From Anthoceros angustus (taxonomy: Eukaryota > Plantae > Anthocerotophyta), in the NCBI GenBank assembly GCA_010909165.1, contig MU008180.1, positions 867,884 to 931,883 on the forward strand: a DNA stretch of 64,000 nucleotides. The letters are read 5' to 3'. Positions 51,501 through 62,846 of this stretch are shown one piece after another (position 1 is the stretch's first letter; each line of letters opens with the position of its first letter). The notes under the pieces were generated by a model. The model ran no database searches. It saw nothing but the letters and a program-made list of their open reading frames with translations, and was not told where the DNA came from. A program made the translations under genes and the position numbers.

Positions 51501-52003
51501 TAGGTGGAAGTAGGTAAATGAAAAATAGCTCCTCGTTGAAAGTCAGGACGTGAGAACTGGTACCTCTGCTCGTCACAAGCACAATGGTACCCGAACACAA
51601 ACCCTGTCGCCAGCACAGTGTCGATGGTGAGCCAGGGCAGATTGACACTTCGAAAAATGCAAGGCAACCTCCGTTTGGAAGCCATCAGTACACGTAACCA
51701 CACAAAAAATGCTTAAATACGCTAGAGGCATGGTAACCGTGCTGCGCACAAGCAAATTCCAAAAATCATCGTGCTAAGCCTCAGAAGGCAGGAATCCGTG
51801 CTCACCAGCAGCAGCGCGGTGATGGACTCATTCATCCACCGGTTCTCCTCCAGAAGATGGCCCAGGATGATGCAAGCGCACAGTAGCGACACAAACAGCG
51901 AGATAGCCACGACAGCCATGTGGTCGGCATCATCCGCAAGGCCCGCCTTGGCCATGAGGGCGTGCAGCAGGCCCATGTGGTGCTTTCCCAACATATCCAT
52001 CAT
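48537..52003 (-). CDS. NHX: Vacuolar-type (class I) Na+,K+/H+ antiporter (multi-exon)
   Basis: ISLFVSLLCACIILGHLLEENRWMNESITALL; AIGTIFSATDSVCTLQ; VLNQEDTPLLYSLVFGEGVVNDATSVVLF; HSTDREIAIMTLMAYLSYILAE; LSGILTVFFCGIVMSHYTWHNVTESSRITTK; C-terminal WRKFDNAYMRPVFGGRGFV. Confidence 0.95.
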
Positions 52004-52346
52004 TTTGGCGAGTCTCCTCGCCTCAACCTCCCGGAGATCTGGGGCAGCTGCTCTTCGGCAACCGCGAATCCAAATCCACCACCTCAAGCCACTTGCGTGG
52101 AATTCCGGCTTTCTGCACCTTCAGCCCATGCGACAGCGCCTCCACTTAGAGCACAGCACGCATCTCCGGCTGACCGCGGACTGCCGCCATGGAGTGCTCA
52201 GCTCCGAGCCACCTCCCAAGTTGACACCGCAACCCGCAATTCCTAACAAACCTTGCTATCCTACAGGAAGCGGGGATGGAACGGAAGCGGAAAGGGGTGG
52301 ATGGAAACGGGACGGGGCGTGGGTCAGGGCGGGGATGTGGGTGGAA

Positions 52347-52384
52347 GTGGTGGTGGTGGTGGTGGTGGTGGTGGTGGTGGTGGT
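52347..52384. repeat. (GGT)n / (ACC)n microsatellite upstream of NHX
   Basis: About 12 perfect GGT units, ~350 bp upstream of the NHX start codon. Confidence 0.95.
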
Positions 52385-53041
52385 AGCGGAAGCAAGCAGG
52401 CAGAAGGCGATCGCCAGTGTCATGCTCCGTCACGGCTCTCCTCCGCCTCTCCTCACAGTCGCACCGGATTCACACGTAGTCGCCATTCACACCGCACGCG
52501 AAACCTCTGCTGTCATTCCGACAGCATACCACCGACCGGGTGACCGGTGCCTGCCGGTCGACCGGTCCCAGAGCCCGGAAACTTGGAAGCCATCTGCCTG
52601 CACCACGCGTTGCTCACCTGCTCAGGAAGTTTCCCCCCACCTGTTGTTCCTCGGGATCGGACCTCCTCATCAGCCTGCTGCCTGAGATGCAAGTTGCGGT
52701 CGCCGCTACAGGACGTACAGTAGGTCCTGAGGCGTACAATGTACCAACCTACATGATGTATGTACGCATGAGGAAAGATACATACATAAGTAAGCATGGA
52801 GTGTAACCGGGATGCCACTTCAAAATTGCTTCTCCGTCAAAAATGCACACTGGCAACTAAAATTGAGACTTCTCAGCATAACGGCATCCCGGTACTCGCA
52901 GACTCATCAGGCCCACATCTAAAGACAGCCATGGCAACGAAGGCAACGTCGAGCGCAGTGCGCTGTCGAGAAGGCTAGGTTGCCAAATCTGAACCGCCTG
53001 GGACCAGGCCTCTTCTCTTCTCTGCTGGAAATAGAGGAGCT

Positions 53042-53748
53042 TCATGTCGATGCAGCAGCAGCCTCAGCCTCAACGGCAGCCTCGGCTTGGGCCATGGGAT
53101 CGTCCTTGTCCTTGACCTCAGGTTCCTCGACCTCGCCGTCCACAGCTGAAGCTTTCTTCTTGTTTTCCTCCTCCGTGGCAGCCGCAACGGCTGCCTGCTG
53201 CTCCGACTGCAGCCGCTGGAACTCCTCTTCTTGCTGCTGCCTTTCGAACCAGGTATCCGCGTCGGCCCAGACTGCACAGTATGACGGGAAGCAGCAGACG
53301 GGGGTTTGTCATCCATCGGTGAGTGAGTGAGGCGATTCACAAGCCACAAGTTCCAACGGATTAGGTTTCGTACCTGGCTGCGACGCCCAGCCGGTTTCCC
53401 CTCCCTTTATCTTGATAGGCTGCGCGTAGTTCACCGTGAGCACTCTGCCGTAGAGCTCCGAGTTGTGCATGTTGTCCATGGCTGCTGCGGCATCGTCCTT
53501 GTCGATGTAGGTCACAAACCCGAAGGCCCGGTGCCTCTGCGTTCCCTGGTCCAGAGGCATGGTGATGTCCTTGACGTCCCCGAACGGGATAAAGGCAGCA
53601 TGGAGCACGGACTCCGTCACATTCTCGTCCAAACCTCCTGCAAAACACGGCTGTTAGGCTGTAGAGCCTGGCATCTTTCCCGGAGTAGGAGCAAAAGGCA
53701 AGATGCAGACATACCCACGTACAACGTGTTCTTGAGGTTGGCCGCCAT
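53042..53748 (-). CDS. Single-RRM protein, PPIE/Cyp33 RRM-like, lacking the PPIase domain (3 exons)
   Basis: MAANLKNTLYVG|GLDENVTESVLHAAFIPFGDVKDITMPLDQGTQRHRAFGFVTY...MHNSELYGRVLTVNYAQP...GWASQP|VWADADTWFE. GT-AG introns at ~53714-53638 and ~53373-53272; stop TGA at 53042-53044. Confidence 0.92.
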
Positions 53749-54955
53749 CACTACACCTGCGAATGCCGATCCCGCACACCAGAACTCATTCCACCCGGAG
53801 CTTACATTAGGGCAAGAAAAACCAGCTGCTGCTTCTGCTTCTGCTGCTGATGGCGATGGTGGAATGAATGTGTTGAGGGAGCTAAGTCCGATTCTGTCGG
53901 AGTGGAAGAATTCAGGACTTATTTCACAGGCTGATTGAACCGTTTCGGCACGCGGCTGTCCGACACTGCGTGTTAGGGGAAAGGGGAAGACAGCTTTTGT
54001 CGCGCACAGGCTTTTTCAGAGGTTTTGTTGCCCACAGATCCCGATTCTCGAACCAGGGCGCAGAGGAGGCCAGGGAAAGCAGTTCCCCAACGCTAGCCAT
54101 GGCCGTGGCCGTCGCATGTCCCCGCTGATGCATCTTTTGTTGCATGTGGGGCTCGTTGTGGGGGCTCTCCAATGGGAGCTCGTGGGGTTGGAAGGTGCGT
54201 CCCTTTGCATGTTGTGAGCTTTCTTCACGGCCACCACGGAGACGGGTGGTCTCGTCGTAACTCGTGAAATGCGCGCTAACAACGCCTTCACCCTGCCAGC
54301 TCTCCCCTTGCATTGAAACGTGCTGTTGATGGACAGATCACGATGTAGCTCTCCAATTACTTGCAGCATCATGATAAGTTCACCAGCAACTTGTTTGCCT
54401 ACCTGTGGTTTCCTGTCTGATGTCTGTCTTCCTTTTCTTCCCACTTGATTTCCGGGGTTCCCCTAATTCCAGCGTGGATTGCTGCAGAGGTCACGGCCAA
54501 GCTGCGGGTGAGTTTGTTCAGGGTCGTCCTGTGGCCGGGGGGTGTGGTTGAAGGTGTGATATGGCGCTGATTACAGCTTTGTGTCGATGGTCTCACCATG
54601 TCAGTTCTGTTGTTTGATGGTTTGTTGCGGCTATTGTATATTTCCGTGGAATTCAAGTTTTCTGCGAGCAACTTGGGGTTTCTCAAAGGCGGCAACCGGT
54701 GCCAGTATGAATCCTGAGGTATAGCTGACACCGTTGGGTGTCAAAGAAGCCTTGTATTGCAGTACCATTGGCAGTGAAATGGGAGGTGCTAGGTTGACGG
54801 TATCGCTTTCTGGTGGGTTTCTGGACGCAATGTCAGGCTGGACCCTCCCCTTCTGACATCCGATGCTGAAGCGAGCAAGGCTGTTGCAGTTGCACAGCAA
54901 TTGCGTTTCGTTTGATTATTGTGCCTCGTGGTGTTGGCCCCATCCAAACGCAGCA

Positions 54956-57900
54956 ATGGAACAGCCGCCGGACCCATTTGAGAGGCTCCCGGATGAAGTA
55001 TTTCAGCTGATCATTGGGGCGATTCGTGATTGCAAGACTCTTGTGCGTTGCATGGCCGTGTCAAGGTCTTTCAGAGAACAGTCTACTCGAATACCGTTTT
55101 TGTCCATTGTTTGTCCAGGCACTTTCCCTAACTATGACGCTAAGTTGAAAGGGATATATGCCATGGTGAAAGGATTTCGTTCTCTGGAAACTCTTGTCGT
55201 CAGAGTTGGGCAACCAAAGGATGAGCCTCCATCATGGGCTCGGTGCATGCGCTATGCAGAGATCGGCTCGTCGGTTGAGAAGTTTGTGTTCATGGCTGCC
55301 AAGTCAGGAGATTTTTCTGAGTTTGATGTGGAGCTAGCTCGGACTGATAATGGAGATGAAGAAGGGGCGGGCTCCGTTCAAGGAGAAGAAGAGGAGTACT
55401 GGGAAAGGTGGAGGGACGAACTACTAAGTAGAGAAAGGGAGAGGTCACCAAGAATTCGGGGTGAATCAAGTGAGGACAGAGATGCGGCCCCAGGTCCCAG
55501 TACAGGATCACCTCAACATGGCACTCTTGTCGAGGGTGAGCACACACTCACCACTGTTGCAGGTACTTTGCAGCCCGAAATGGGGGAACTTGGAGCTTCA
55601 ACCTCAGCTCCACACGATGCTTTGCAGCAGGAAGCTCATCAGTCAAACCTGGCAGGAGAACATACCTGCTTGACCCCGTCAGATAGGCATGAGGAAGTAA
55701 GGTACTTGGGCCTGCTCGATCCACCAGCCCAAGAACAGAGCATAACAGAAGTGGCACGGGAGGGGAAAGGGAAGCAAGGTGAGGAAGAAGCGAGTTCAAG
55801 CAGTGGAGTCTGTGTCGGCATGCCAAGCAGCTCCAACAATTGTGCGGATGATGAGATGAAGGAGGGTAATGTTTTACCTTCAAGTGGCACTACTGATAGT
55901 AGCCTACAGAGTCTGTCCATGACAGACAGGGAGATGCCAATGGAAGAAGCTCAGACTGCCGGCACAAGCTCCCTTGATTTGTCTTCCACAAATTCAGAAA
56001 TGAGAGGATCACAGAATCCAAGTGCTAGATACCTTTTCAGGAGGAGGTTCCTGGAGCAGGGCAGACGTGTATCTGCGGTCTGGGATTTTCGACAAGAAAG
56101 GTGTCGCCTCCCCGACTTTGTGCTACGGCAGGTTATTGCTCCCAGTAATGATATCCTTAAAAGGATGGTGCCCGTGATTGTGTTTGCTATTGTTCAAGGG
56201 TTGGATGAATTTCGGGACTGCATCCCGTCCTTTATCTCAAAATTTGCTGGGTTGAAGCAGTTTGTCCTGGTTGACATGGTGGAGAGTGTGACTGTTTTTA
56301 TGCGGGAGCATCAAATTCAAGAGCTTCGAGATCAATGTGTACATCAGAGGGAAGCAAACAGAGATTGCCGAAGCAGTGGGAGTCCAGATGACTACGGCAC
56401 AGGCACAAAGTCCAAGGACCTTCGTTCAGAGATTAGTGCAGAGCAAAGGAAGAGTCGGAGTCTGAACCCAGACGTTAAAGAGGTCGAGGATCTGCCTGAC
56501 TTCCCCTTCAACACACTGGAGACAGGTGACACGGAAAGGGAGAGAGTTGGGAGAGCGCGTGATGCGGGCCGAGCGTGGAAGGACGGGAGAAGAAGTGTCC
56601 AAGATCATCTAGACCGTGGGAAGCAAAAGCTGCCCTTTTCAGATGATGAAACTCTGGATGAGGAAATCAGAAGATGGAGGGGCAGGGGCATTGTTCTGAA
56701 CGATGAGAACAGGAGCAAGTCAGAGTCACAGATGCAAAGGGCTGACACGTTTCCTTCGAGTGAAGCTGGTGACACTTTCCTTGGGTCCCAGGAACCTGGT
56801 CTCCGAGGGTCTCCTACATGCAGGGACTTCCATGCATTAGACAGGCATGTGAGCACAGTGAAGCCAATCACTATTCCACCGATGGGCCACAACGTCCATG
56901 GCGGTTGCCAGTGTGCAATTTGTGTGGGGGAGTTCCATGCTGGACGAGAGCAGCATACTGATGAAGGACAGGTGGTTGTGGATGACTGTGCGTCACCGAG
57001 TGAGGACACTGCTCCCTGCGGTCCTTACGTGTCCCTCAGAGACCGTGCAATTCGTGAACACCTTGCAAAGGATGATGAGGGAAGAAGGATGAGACAGCCC
57101 AGGCCACGAGCTGCAGGCAGACGTGCAACTTGGACGCACTTCAAAGTGGAGAGCCGCACGGATGACGAGAGTTACGGCATTGCAGGTGCAGCAGAGATAG
57201 GGTCCGATGTCCCTTCAGGAAGTGCCTCAGCAGCATGTGCAAGGGAGGGTGAGGGAACTGCAGCAGAGCCCAGCGGTGAAAGTGATTCGGCGGAGGAGGT
57301 AGCTTGGGTCGGATACTCGGAGGACAGCGAGGTTCTAGAAGCCACCGAAGATGGCGGCGTTGGAGCCCCGGAGAGGGAAGGGAGGGCGGACCTTTCCAAG
57401 CAGCAGCAATCATACAGGAAGGGCTTGAAGCTGGAACACATGCGCTCGAGAAAAGACAGCAAGGGTAGCAGAAAAGGTAGAGACGATCCACGAGGTTTCA
57501 GCGTCAGAAGATCTCACAGGCTGTTAGTTGAAAGGACCCAGAAGCGGGGGCGACATTCCTCTCTACCTGGGTCTGCCTTGCCTCCTTACGTGATCCTCGA
57601 CTACCCTAACGAGTGGAAGGACGGCAGACAGGAGGAGAATCCAAGTGGTGAAGCCCCGAGCCCAGATGCCGCAGGAAGTTCCGAGCAGGGACCCGCCGAA
57701 GGTCTGGTCCCCAGGGCCGGAGAGGAAGACCCAGGATCAGATGCCGCCCTCTTGAAGCGTATGAAGGGGAAACAGGTAGCGGACGAAGAAGCAGAAGAAG
57801 ACGAAGGAAGAGATGAAGAAGTGGCACACTTGGTGTCGGAGCCGGGTGGGCCATCCACGCCGCAAGCACAGGGCAGCAGCAGCATGGACTTGGACCAATC

Positions 57901-58507
57901 GGCACAAGAGCGTGGAGACGGCAAGTCCCCATTCGGCTTCCACGCAATAGACTTCACACAGCCACAGCCACAGTCACAGGCCCACGCACAGGCGGGAGAC
58001 GGAAAACCAAACCCGAACCTTGTTCCCACCGCGGACAGCCTGGGCGCGCCTCTCCCGGCCAGCCGACTGGGCTGGATCCAGCTCCGAGAGGCCATCCGCG
58101 ACCGCCCGCGCACCGGCTACCCCCCGCTGGACAGGCATCCCCGCGACCGGAACCAGGAGAGGGAAACCTGGCGCGACCGGCTCCGCCGAGCCAGGGAGCT
58201 CCGCAGGGAGGGCGAGGGCGACCGCGGCCGCGACCCCCGCCGCGACCGCGTCCGGGACGGCGTCCGGAAGCGGCAGCGCGACATGGAGCGGGAAGCCCTG
58301 TACTTCGACATCTCCTTCTGGCGCGCGGAGCAAGTGGTGGCTCACCGCTACTGCCTCAGCGACGTCTCCATGTGCGTGGCCACGCACTCGGCCAGGCCCC
58401 TGTCCCCGGAGGAGGTCGACACGGTGGCCAGAGCAGCGCTCGCCGGGCCCCTCCTCATCGCCACCATGGGCTACGTCAACAAGCTAGTCGGCTCCCACAA
58501 CCTCTAG
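54956..58507 (+). CDS. Very long intronless F-box protein (AUF1-like family) with large low-complexity insertions
   Basis: N-terminal F-box DPFERLPDEVFQLIIGAIRDCKTLVRCMAVSRSF, with ordered blocks at about aa 30-150, 410-500 and the C-terminus (YFDISFWRAEQVV...LSDVSMCVATHS). The ORF is continuous for ~1180 codons from the ATG at 54956. Subfamily assigned by eye. Confidence 0.85.
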   Translation: MEQPPDPFERLPDEVFQLIIGAIRDCKTLVRCMAVSRSFREQSTRIPFLSIVCPGTFPNYDAKLKGIYAMVKGFRSLETLVVRVGQPKDEPPSWARCMRYAEIGSSVEKFVFMAAKSGDFSEFDVELARTDNGDEEGAGSVQGEEEEYWERWRDELLSRERERSPRIRGESSEDRDAAPGPSTGSPQHGTLVEGEHTLTTVAGTLQPEMGELGASTSAPHDALQQEAHQSNLAGEHTCLTPSDRHEEVRYLGLLDPPAQEQSITEVAREGKGKQGEEEASSSSGVCVGMPSSSNNCADDEMKEGNVLPSSGTTDSSLQSLSMTDREMPMEEAQTAGTSSLDLSSTNSEMRGSQNPSARYLFRRRFLEQGRRVSAVWDFRQERCRLPDFVLRQVIAPSNDILKRMVPVIVFAIVQGLDEFRDCIPSFISKFAGLKQFVLVDMVESVTVFMREHQIQELRDQCVHQREANRDCRSSGSPDDYGTGTKSKDLRSEISAEQRKSRSLNPDVKEVEDLPDFPFNTLETGDTERERVGRARDAGRAWKDGRRSVQDHLDRGKQKLPFSDDETLDEEIRRWRGRGIVLNDENRSKSESQMQRADTFPSSEAGDTFLGSQEPGLRGSPTCRDFHALDRHVSTVKPITIPPMGHNVHGGCQCAICVGEFHAGREQHTDEGQVVVDDCASPSEDTAPCGPYVSLRDRAIREHLAKDDEGRRMRQPRPRAAGRRATWTHFKVESRTDDESYGIAGAAEIGSDVPSGSASAACAREGEGTAAEPSGESDSAEEVAWVGYSEDSEVLEATEDGGVGAPEREGRADLSKQQQSYRKGLKLEHMRSRKDSKGSRKGRDDPRGFSVRRSHRLLVERTQKRGRHSSLPGSALPPYVILDYPNEWKDGRQEENPSGEAPSPDAAGSSEQGPAEGLVPRAGEEDPGSDAALLKRMKGKQVADEEAEEDEGRDEEVAHLVSEPGGPSTPQAQGSSSMDLDQSAQERGDGKSPFGFHAIDFTQPQPQSQAHAQAGDGKPNPNLVPTADSLGAPLPASRLGWIQLREAIRDRPRTGYPPLDRHPRDRNQERETWRDRLRRARELRREGEGDRGRDPRRDRVRDGVRKRQRDMEREALYFDISFWRAEQVVAHRYCLSDVSMCVATHSARPLSPEEVDTVARAALAGPLLIATMGYVNKLVGSHNL

Positions 58508-58862
58508 GCTTCCGCTTCCTTACCCTCTAGCCTGTCAGGGACGATTATTTGGGTGGTATTCTAAACACAGGTCCCTGGAGGGAGACACTCCGGCTCGTCG
58601 TCCATCATAATCTCTTCATCACCGAATGACGGACGACGAATCGTGATGCATGAAGCGGGTGAGATGAAGACGGCACGGCACGGCACGGCGGGAGCGCCAT
58701 CATTGGGCCAGGCCGTTTAGCATCAATGATGTCGCGGGTACCGGAACAAGAACGCGTGGCACACGGCGGGCGCGGGCGTTGCCAGGCGTCGTCGCCGGAG
58801 GGCAGAAGGGAGGCGTCGTCGTGGAGGGAGAGCTCGGAAGGCCCATTTGCCGGCCGGCAGCG

Positions 58863-60594
58863 ATGGCTTGGAATCTGTGGCGATGGCGAAGGCTGTGCTT
58901 GGCCGCGTTGCTGCTGCAGGGCTGTTGGCGCGCGGCGTCGCGGGAGGAGGAATTCCACGTCGCGCTGGGGCTGGATGCCGGGTTCCCTTCCTGCGCGGGG
59001 CTGGCGGGGTCCGGGGAGCGGGCTCTGTGCACGCTGCGCGCGGCGACGCGCGGTGCGCGGGATAGGGCGGATGCAGCTCGGGGAGCGGAGGGCGCGGCGG
59101 CGGGAGGGGATGCCGATGCCGATGCCGATGCCTGCAGGTTCAGGAGGGAGCGGGCGCGGGGCTGCATCGCTACGCGGGAGGCGAGCCCCGAGTTGCAGGC
59201 GGTGCTGCGGGAGTACGCGGAGATGCACGCCGCCTGCACGGGCCTGGAGCGGGGAGGCTGCGGGAGATGGCGGGCCGGGCCAGAAGCGGTCCGGATCCGG
59301 GTCCGGGTCCAGGTCAGGGTCAGGGGCCTGAGCCCCATGTGCAAGTACCTGGTGTGGAGCTGCACGTTCGGGCTGGGGAACAAGCTCATGTCGCTCACCT
59401 CCGCCTTCCTGCACGCCGTGCTGTCGCAGCGGGTGCTGCTGGTGGAGCATCCCGGCTGGGACGCTGTGGTGCGAGCCGTTTCCCGGCTCGCGGTGGCTGG
59501 TGCCCCGGGCCTCCTTGGCGGAGGACTACGACTCCCGTCCTTCCCGGCCTTCCGCGCGCGGCAGTGCGGGGAGCGGGAACGGCAAAGGCAGGCGGGCCCG
59601 GAGCCGGGGCCGTGGCCGGGAGCCGGGGCCGGGGCGGGACAGCAGCAGCGCGTGTGACGCCGACGTCGTGTCCGTGGTCTTCTCGTCGGACATGAACGCC
59701 ACGGACTACGGCTTCCAGGTGTGCCCGACGGAGATGGCGCGGGTGCGGGACGTGGCCTTTCTCAATTTCCGCAACAGCAACCAGCACTTCGCGGCGGGGT
59801 ACTACCTCAACCCCGCGGTGCGGCCGCTGCTGGAGCTCCTCTTCCCGGACCGGAACGTGTTCCATCTCCTGGCCCGGGCGCTCCTGCATCCCGGCGACCA
59901 GGTGTGGGGCTCCGTGGAGGCGTTCCACCGGGAGTACCTTTCCGGCGCGGTGCGGAGGATCGGGGTCCAGGTGCGGGAGTTCAAGGGCGAGTACCACGGC
60001 TACTACGACCAGGCCGCGCCCCTCTGCATCCAGGCCAAGTCCGGGCTCTGCCCGATCGAGGTGGAGGAGGCCCTGGAGCGGGTGGAGCGGGCCGCGGCTG
60101 GACCAGGCGCGAATTCCACCCAGTCGGCGGAGGAGGACTACGTGTCGGTGTTCATGGCGTCGCTGGAGAACCGGCATGTGGCGCTCTTGCGGAGCAGCAT
60201 GGGGAAGTTGGAGGAGGAGACCGGGATGCGCTACCTGCTCTTCTCGCAGGACGGGGACGGGGAGCAGATGGACGACATCGGGCATTTGAAGAAGGCGCTG
60301 GTGGATATGTGGGTGCTCAGCTTGAGCGACGTGCTCATGACCAGCCACATGTCCACATTCGGGTACTTCGCGCACGGGGTGTCGGGGTTGGTGCCCTACC
60401 AGCTCAAGCCCTGGGCCGACAATCCGTGCTGGCTCGGGGCCTCCAGCGAGCCCTGCTTCCATTTCGGGCCTCGCAAGGTCGCGTGCCGGGCGGACGGCTT
60501 CCGCGTTGACGATCCCTTCAAGGAGCTGCCGTTCCTCAAGCCTTGCCCCGACATGCCCCGTACCGGGCTGCAGGTTGTTGCTGGGATTTATTAG
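58863..60594 (+). pseudogene. FUT: GT37 xyloglucan/AGP alpha-1,2-fucosyltransferase-like gene with a frameshift at ~59463
   Basis: The first frame has a signal anchor, LREYAEMHAAC and CKYLVWSCTFGLGNKLMSLTSAFLHAVLSQRVLLVE. The second frame has LWCEPFPGSRWLVP, SNQHFAAGYYLNP, VFHLLARALLHP, RIGVQVR, KALVDMWVLSLSDVLMTSHMSTFGYFAHGVSGL and SSEPCFH. The frames join at GAC-G-CTG-TGG-TGC-GAG. Confidence 0.88.
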
Positions 60595-60687
60595 TAGGGT
60601 ACGAGTGAACTTGCCGCGGCACCCTTTGCCAAGAGCGCCAACTCTCTGGCTACTTTTGCACTTGCGAACTCTTGCAAGGCCGCCAGA

Positions 60688-62846
60688 CTACTTGGGGTCC
60701 TGGTCGACTGCCTCCTCGTAATTCTTCTCTGACATGTCGTTGGACTCGGATGAGTCCTTGCACGACGACATGACGGAGCCCATGTCACTTTGAGTTGCCG
60801 AGATGCAAGTAGGCAGAGTCACCTCCAGCTTCATCTTGTTTTTGTCGAACTTCGCCACACTCTGGGACTCGTCCACAGCGTATGACAGTCCGACCTGCGT
60901 CCATAGGGCATGCATTGCCAGGCTGATATCAGGAAGTGGTAGCAGCAAGGAGTACAGTGGCCTGCCACGGTGCTACTTGTTTGTACCTTGAGAAAGTACT
61001 TGTCAAGAACCTTCAAGATTATGTCCCGGTCGCAGACATCCAATTCGATGTCGTCAGCTGACTTCTGTGGAGGATGACAATTTGCTGGTGTTAAAGAGTG
61101 TCAGGGACAAGAGACGAGAGGAGAAGAGAAGGGAAGAGCAAGCATTTTTCCCACACGGATTCCTCATGAAATGGATATAGCATGGTGGGTGCAATACCAC
61201 TTCGGGAAGGAAGACGCGGAGTAAGATTTCCTCAGGGCCCGATGGCTGTCCCTTCGATAGTCTCGTGTTGTCGGTCCTGCGAGAAACGTGGTGTGATGAA
61301 ACAGACATTGCCCGGAGGGCTGAGAGATATGCTGCACACGGAACAGGCCCAGCTTACCAGAAATCGCCGTAGTCCACCTTGTTTCTGTAGATGAGCTCGT
61401 AGGGCGGTTCAACAGGCCCCGACTCCTTTCCAGACACAAGGCTCGTGCAGTAGGTGGCGTCGATGGCATCATCCCCGCTGCCCACATTGCCCTCCTGGCA
61501 GTTGTGGGATCCCGACGCTTCTGAGGTGGAGGCCAGATAACTTGCTTCGCTCACATTGTCCATCTCAGGTGATGCATTGCTGGAGCGCTTAGAGGAATCT
61601 CCACCCCGAGCACAACTAGCAGCACTGGGGGCCGCACTGCTCACTTTAGAACGACTTGACCTGGGAACGCTAGGCTTCTCCATGTCAGCCTTTTTCTTCT
61701 TTGCTCCTGTTCTGAAGGGATATTGTCAAGCCTCTCCTAGCGTCATGGCATGCATGACACGAGCTCCTGTACGAAGCTGACCGGGGGTGCATGGCATTGT
61801 CCTGTACCTCTTGGATCTTTTGCGCCAGCCTTCTCCCGTGTTGGGGCAACCTTGTCCTTAGAGACAGCCGCTCTGTCTTTTGTGTCTTTCGAGGCAGCCA
61901 GCTTGTCTTTGGAGACGGTCAGCAACTTTGGAACCTTGTTCGGCCCCTTGTATGACAGCTTGGGCAGAGTGAAGTCTGCACTCATGCCACAGTGGGTCGT
62001 CAAATGCTACATCATCCTCCTGCTGCATCCAGCCAATCCACAGTCCATGCGTACTACCTCTGTCCAGCTTCACACCCCGCTGCTTCTCTATGGCATCCAT
62101 GGCTGTTTCCACCAGGAAGCTCTTGAACCGCAGGCTCTCTTCAGCGCGAGTGTGCGTTTCTGTGTTCACCACGAAGTCATGCACTTCGCAATCGTTCCCC
62201 GCTGCAACACGCATTATCCACCCCCACAAATTAAAGATATCAGCACATACTGCACAAATCCGTGGCCAGTTGGTGAGCATCGGTGTAGGAAATTGCACCA
62301 CCTTTGTCTTTATCCCGCCGGGTGGGTGCCAAGCTGTATGGTATCTCCCACTGAACTCCACTCTGGTCGCTCCTTGGAGTGGGCGTGGGTTTAGCTACCT
62401 TGTCCGAATGACATATGTTGATGAACACCTGGAATCCCATTGTTGCCCAGAGCCTTAAAGATCGTCAACATTTGCATTCTACTTGCTCTTCAGGGAGAAT
62501 ATCCATGTTCATCATGCAACCGTCTCTACCTTACCTTGCCATTGGAGATCTTGTTTTTGGTCTTGGCACAAAAATCAACCTGAGGAATAATGAGCTCCTT
62601 CCCATCCATGGAGAAATTGGACCTCTCCTCCATCATCTTAATGTAGCCTTCCGCCTCCTGCCCACATAAAGATAGCTCAACACCAGTCGCAAATGCAAAT
62701 CCAAGCACCATGCAATCTCAAGCCTTCCACACCCTAACCTCCTTGCTAGCAGGCTCCGAGATTTCCTTCGCGTACTCGTCCAGCAACTCCATGAACTTAG
62801 GGTCTTTCATGGCCTTGGTCAGCCTGCCCAGTTCCTGCGGCATCAT
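60688..62846 (-). CDS. DNAAF2: Kintoun/PF13 (PIH1-family dynein axonemal assembly factor 2; multi-exon)
   Basis: AMKDPKFMELLDEYAKEISEP; VFINICHSDKVAKP; VQWEIPYSLAPTRRDKDKGG; CEVHDFVVN...FLVETAMDAIE; FTLPKLSYKG; C-terminal CS-like LPYAVDESQSVAKFDKNKMKLEVTLP. Exact start and last exon are uncertain. Confidence 0.85.

Noticed and set aside
52146-52433. Poly-His, poly-Gly and poly-Val ORFs
   Set aside because: Translation products of the (GGT)n microsatellite, with no other coding signal.
58605-60462. Long antisense or alternative-frame ORFs (281, 232, 355 and 262 aa) over the FUT gene; likewise over the BAHD, F-box and IMPACT genes
   Set aside because: Expected shadow ORFs of very GC-rich coding DNA, with no domain motifs.
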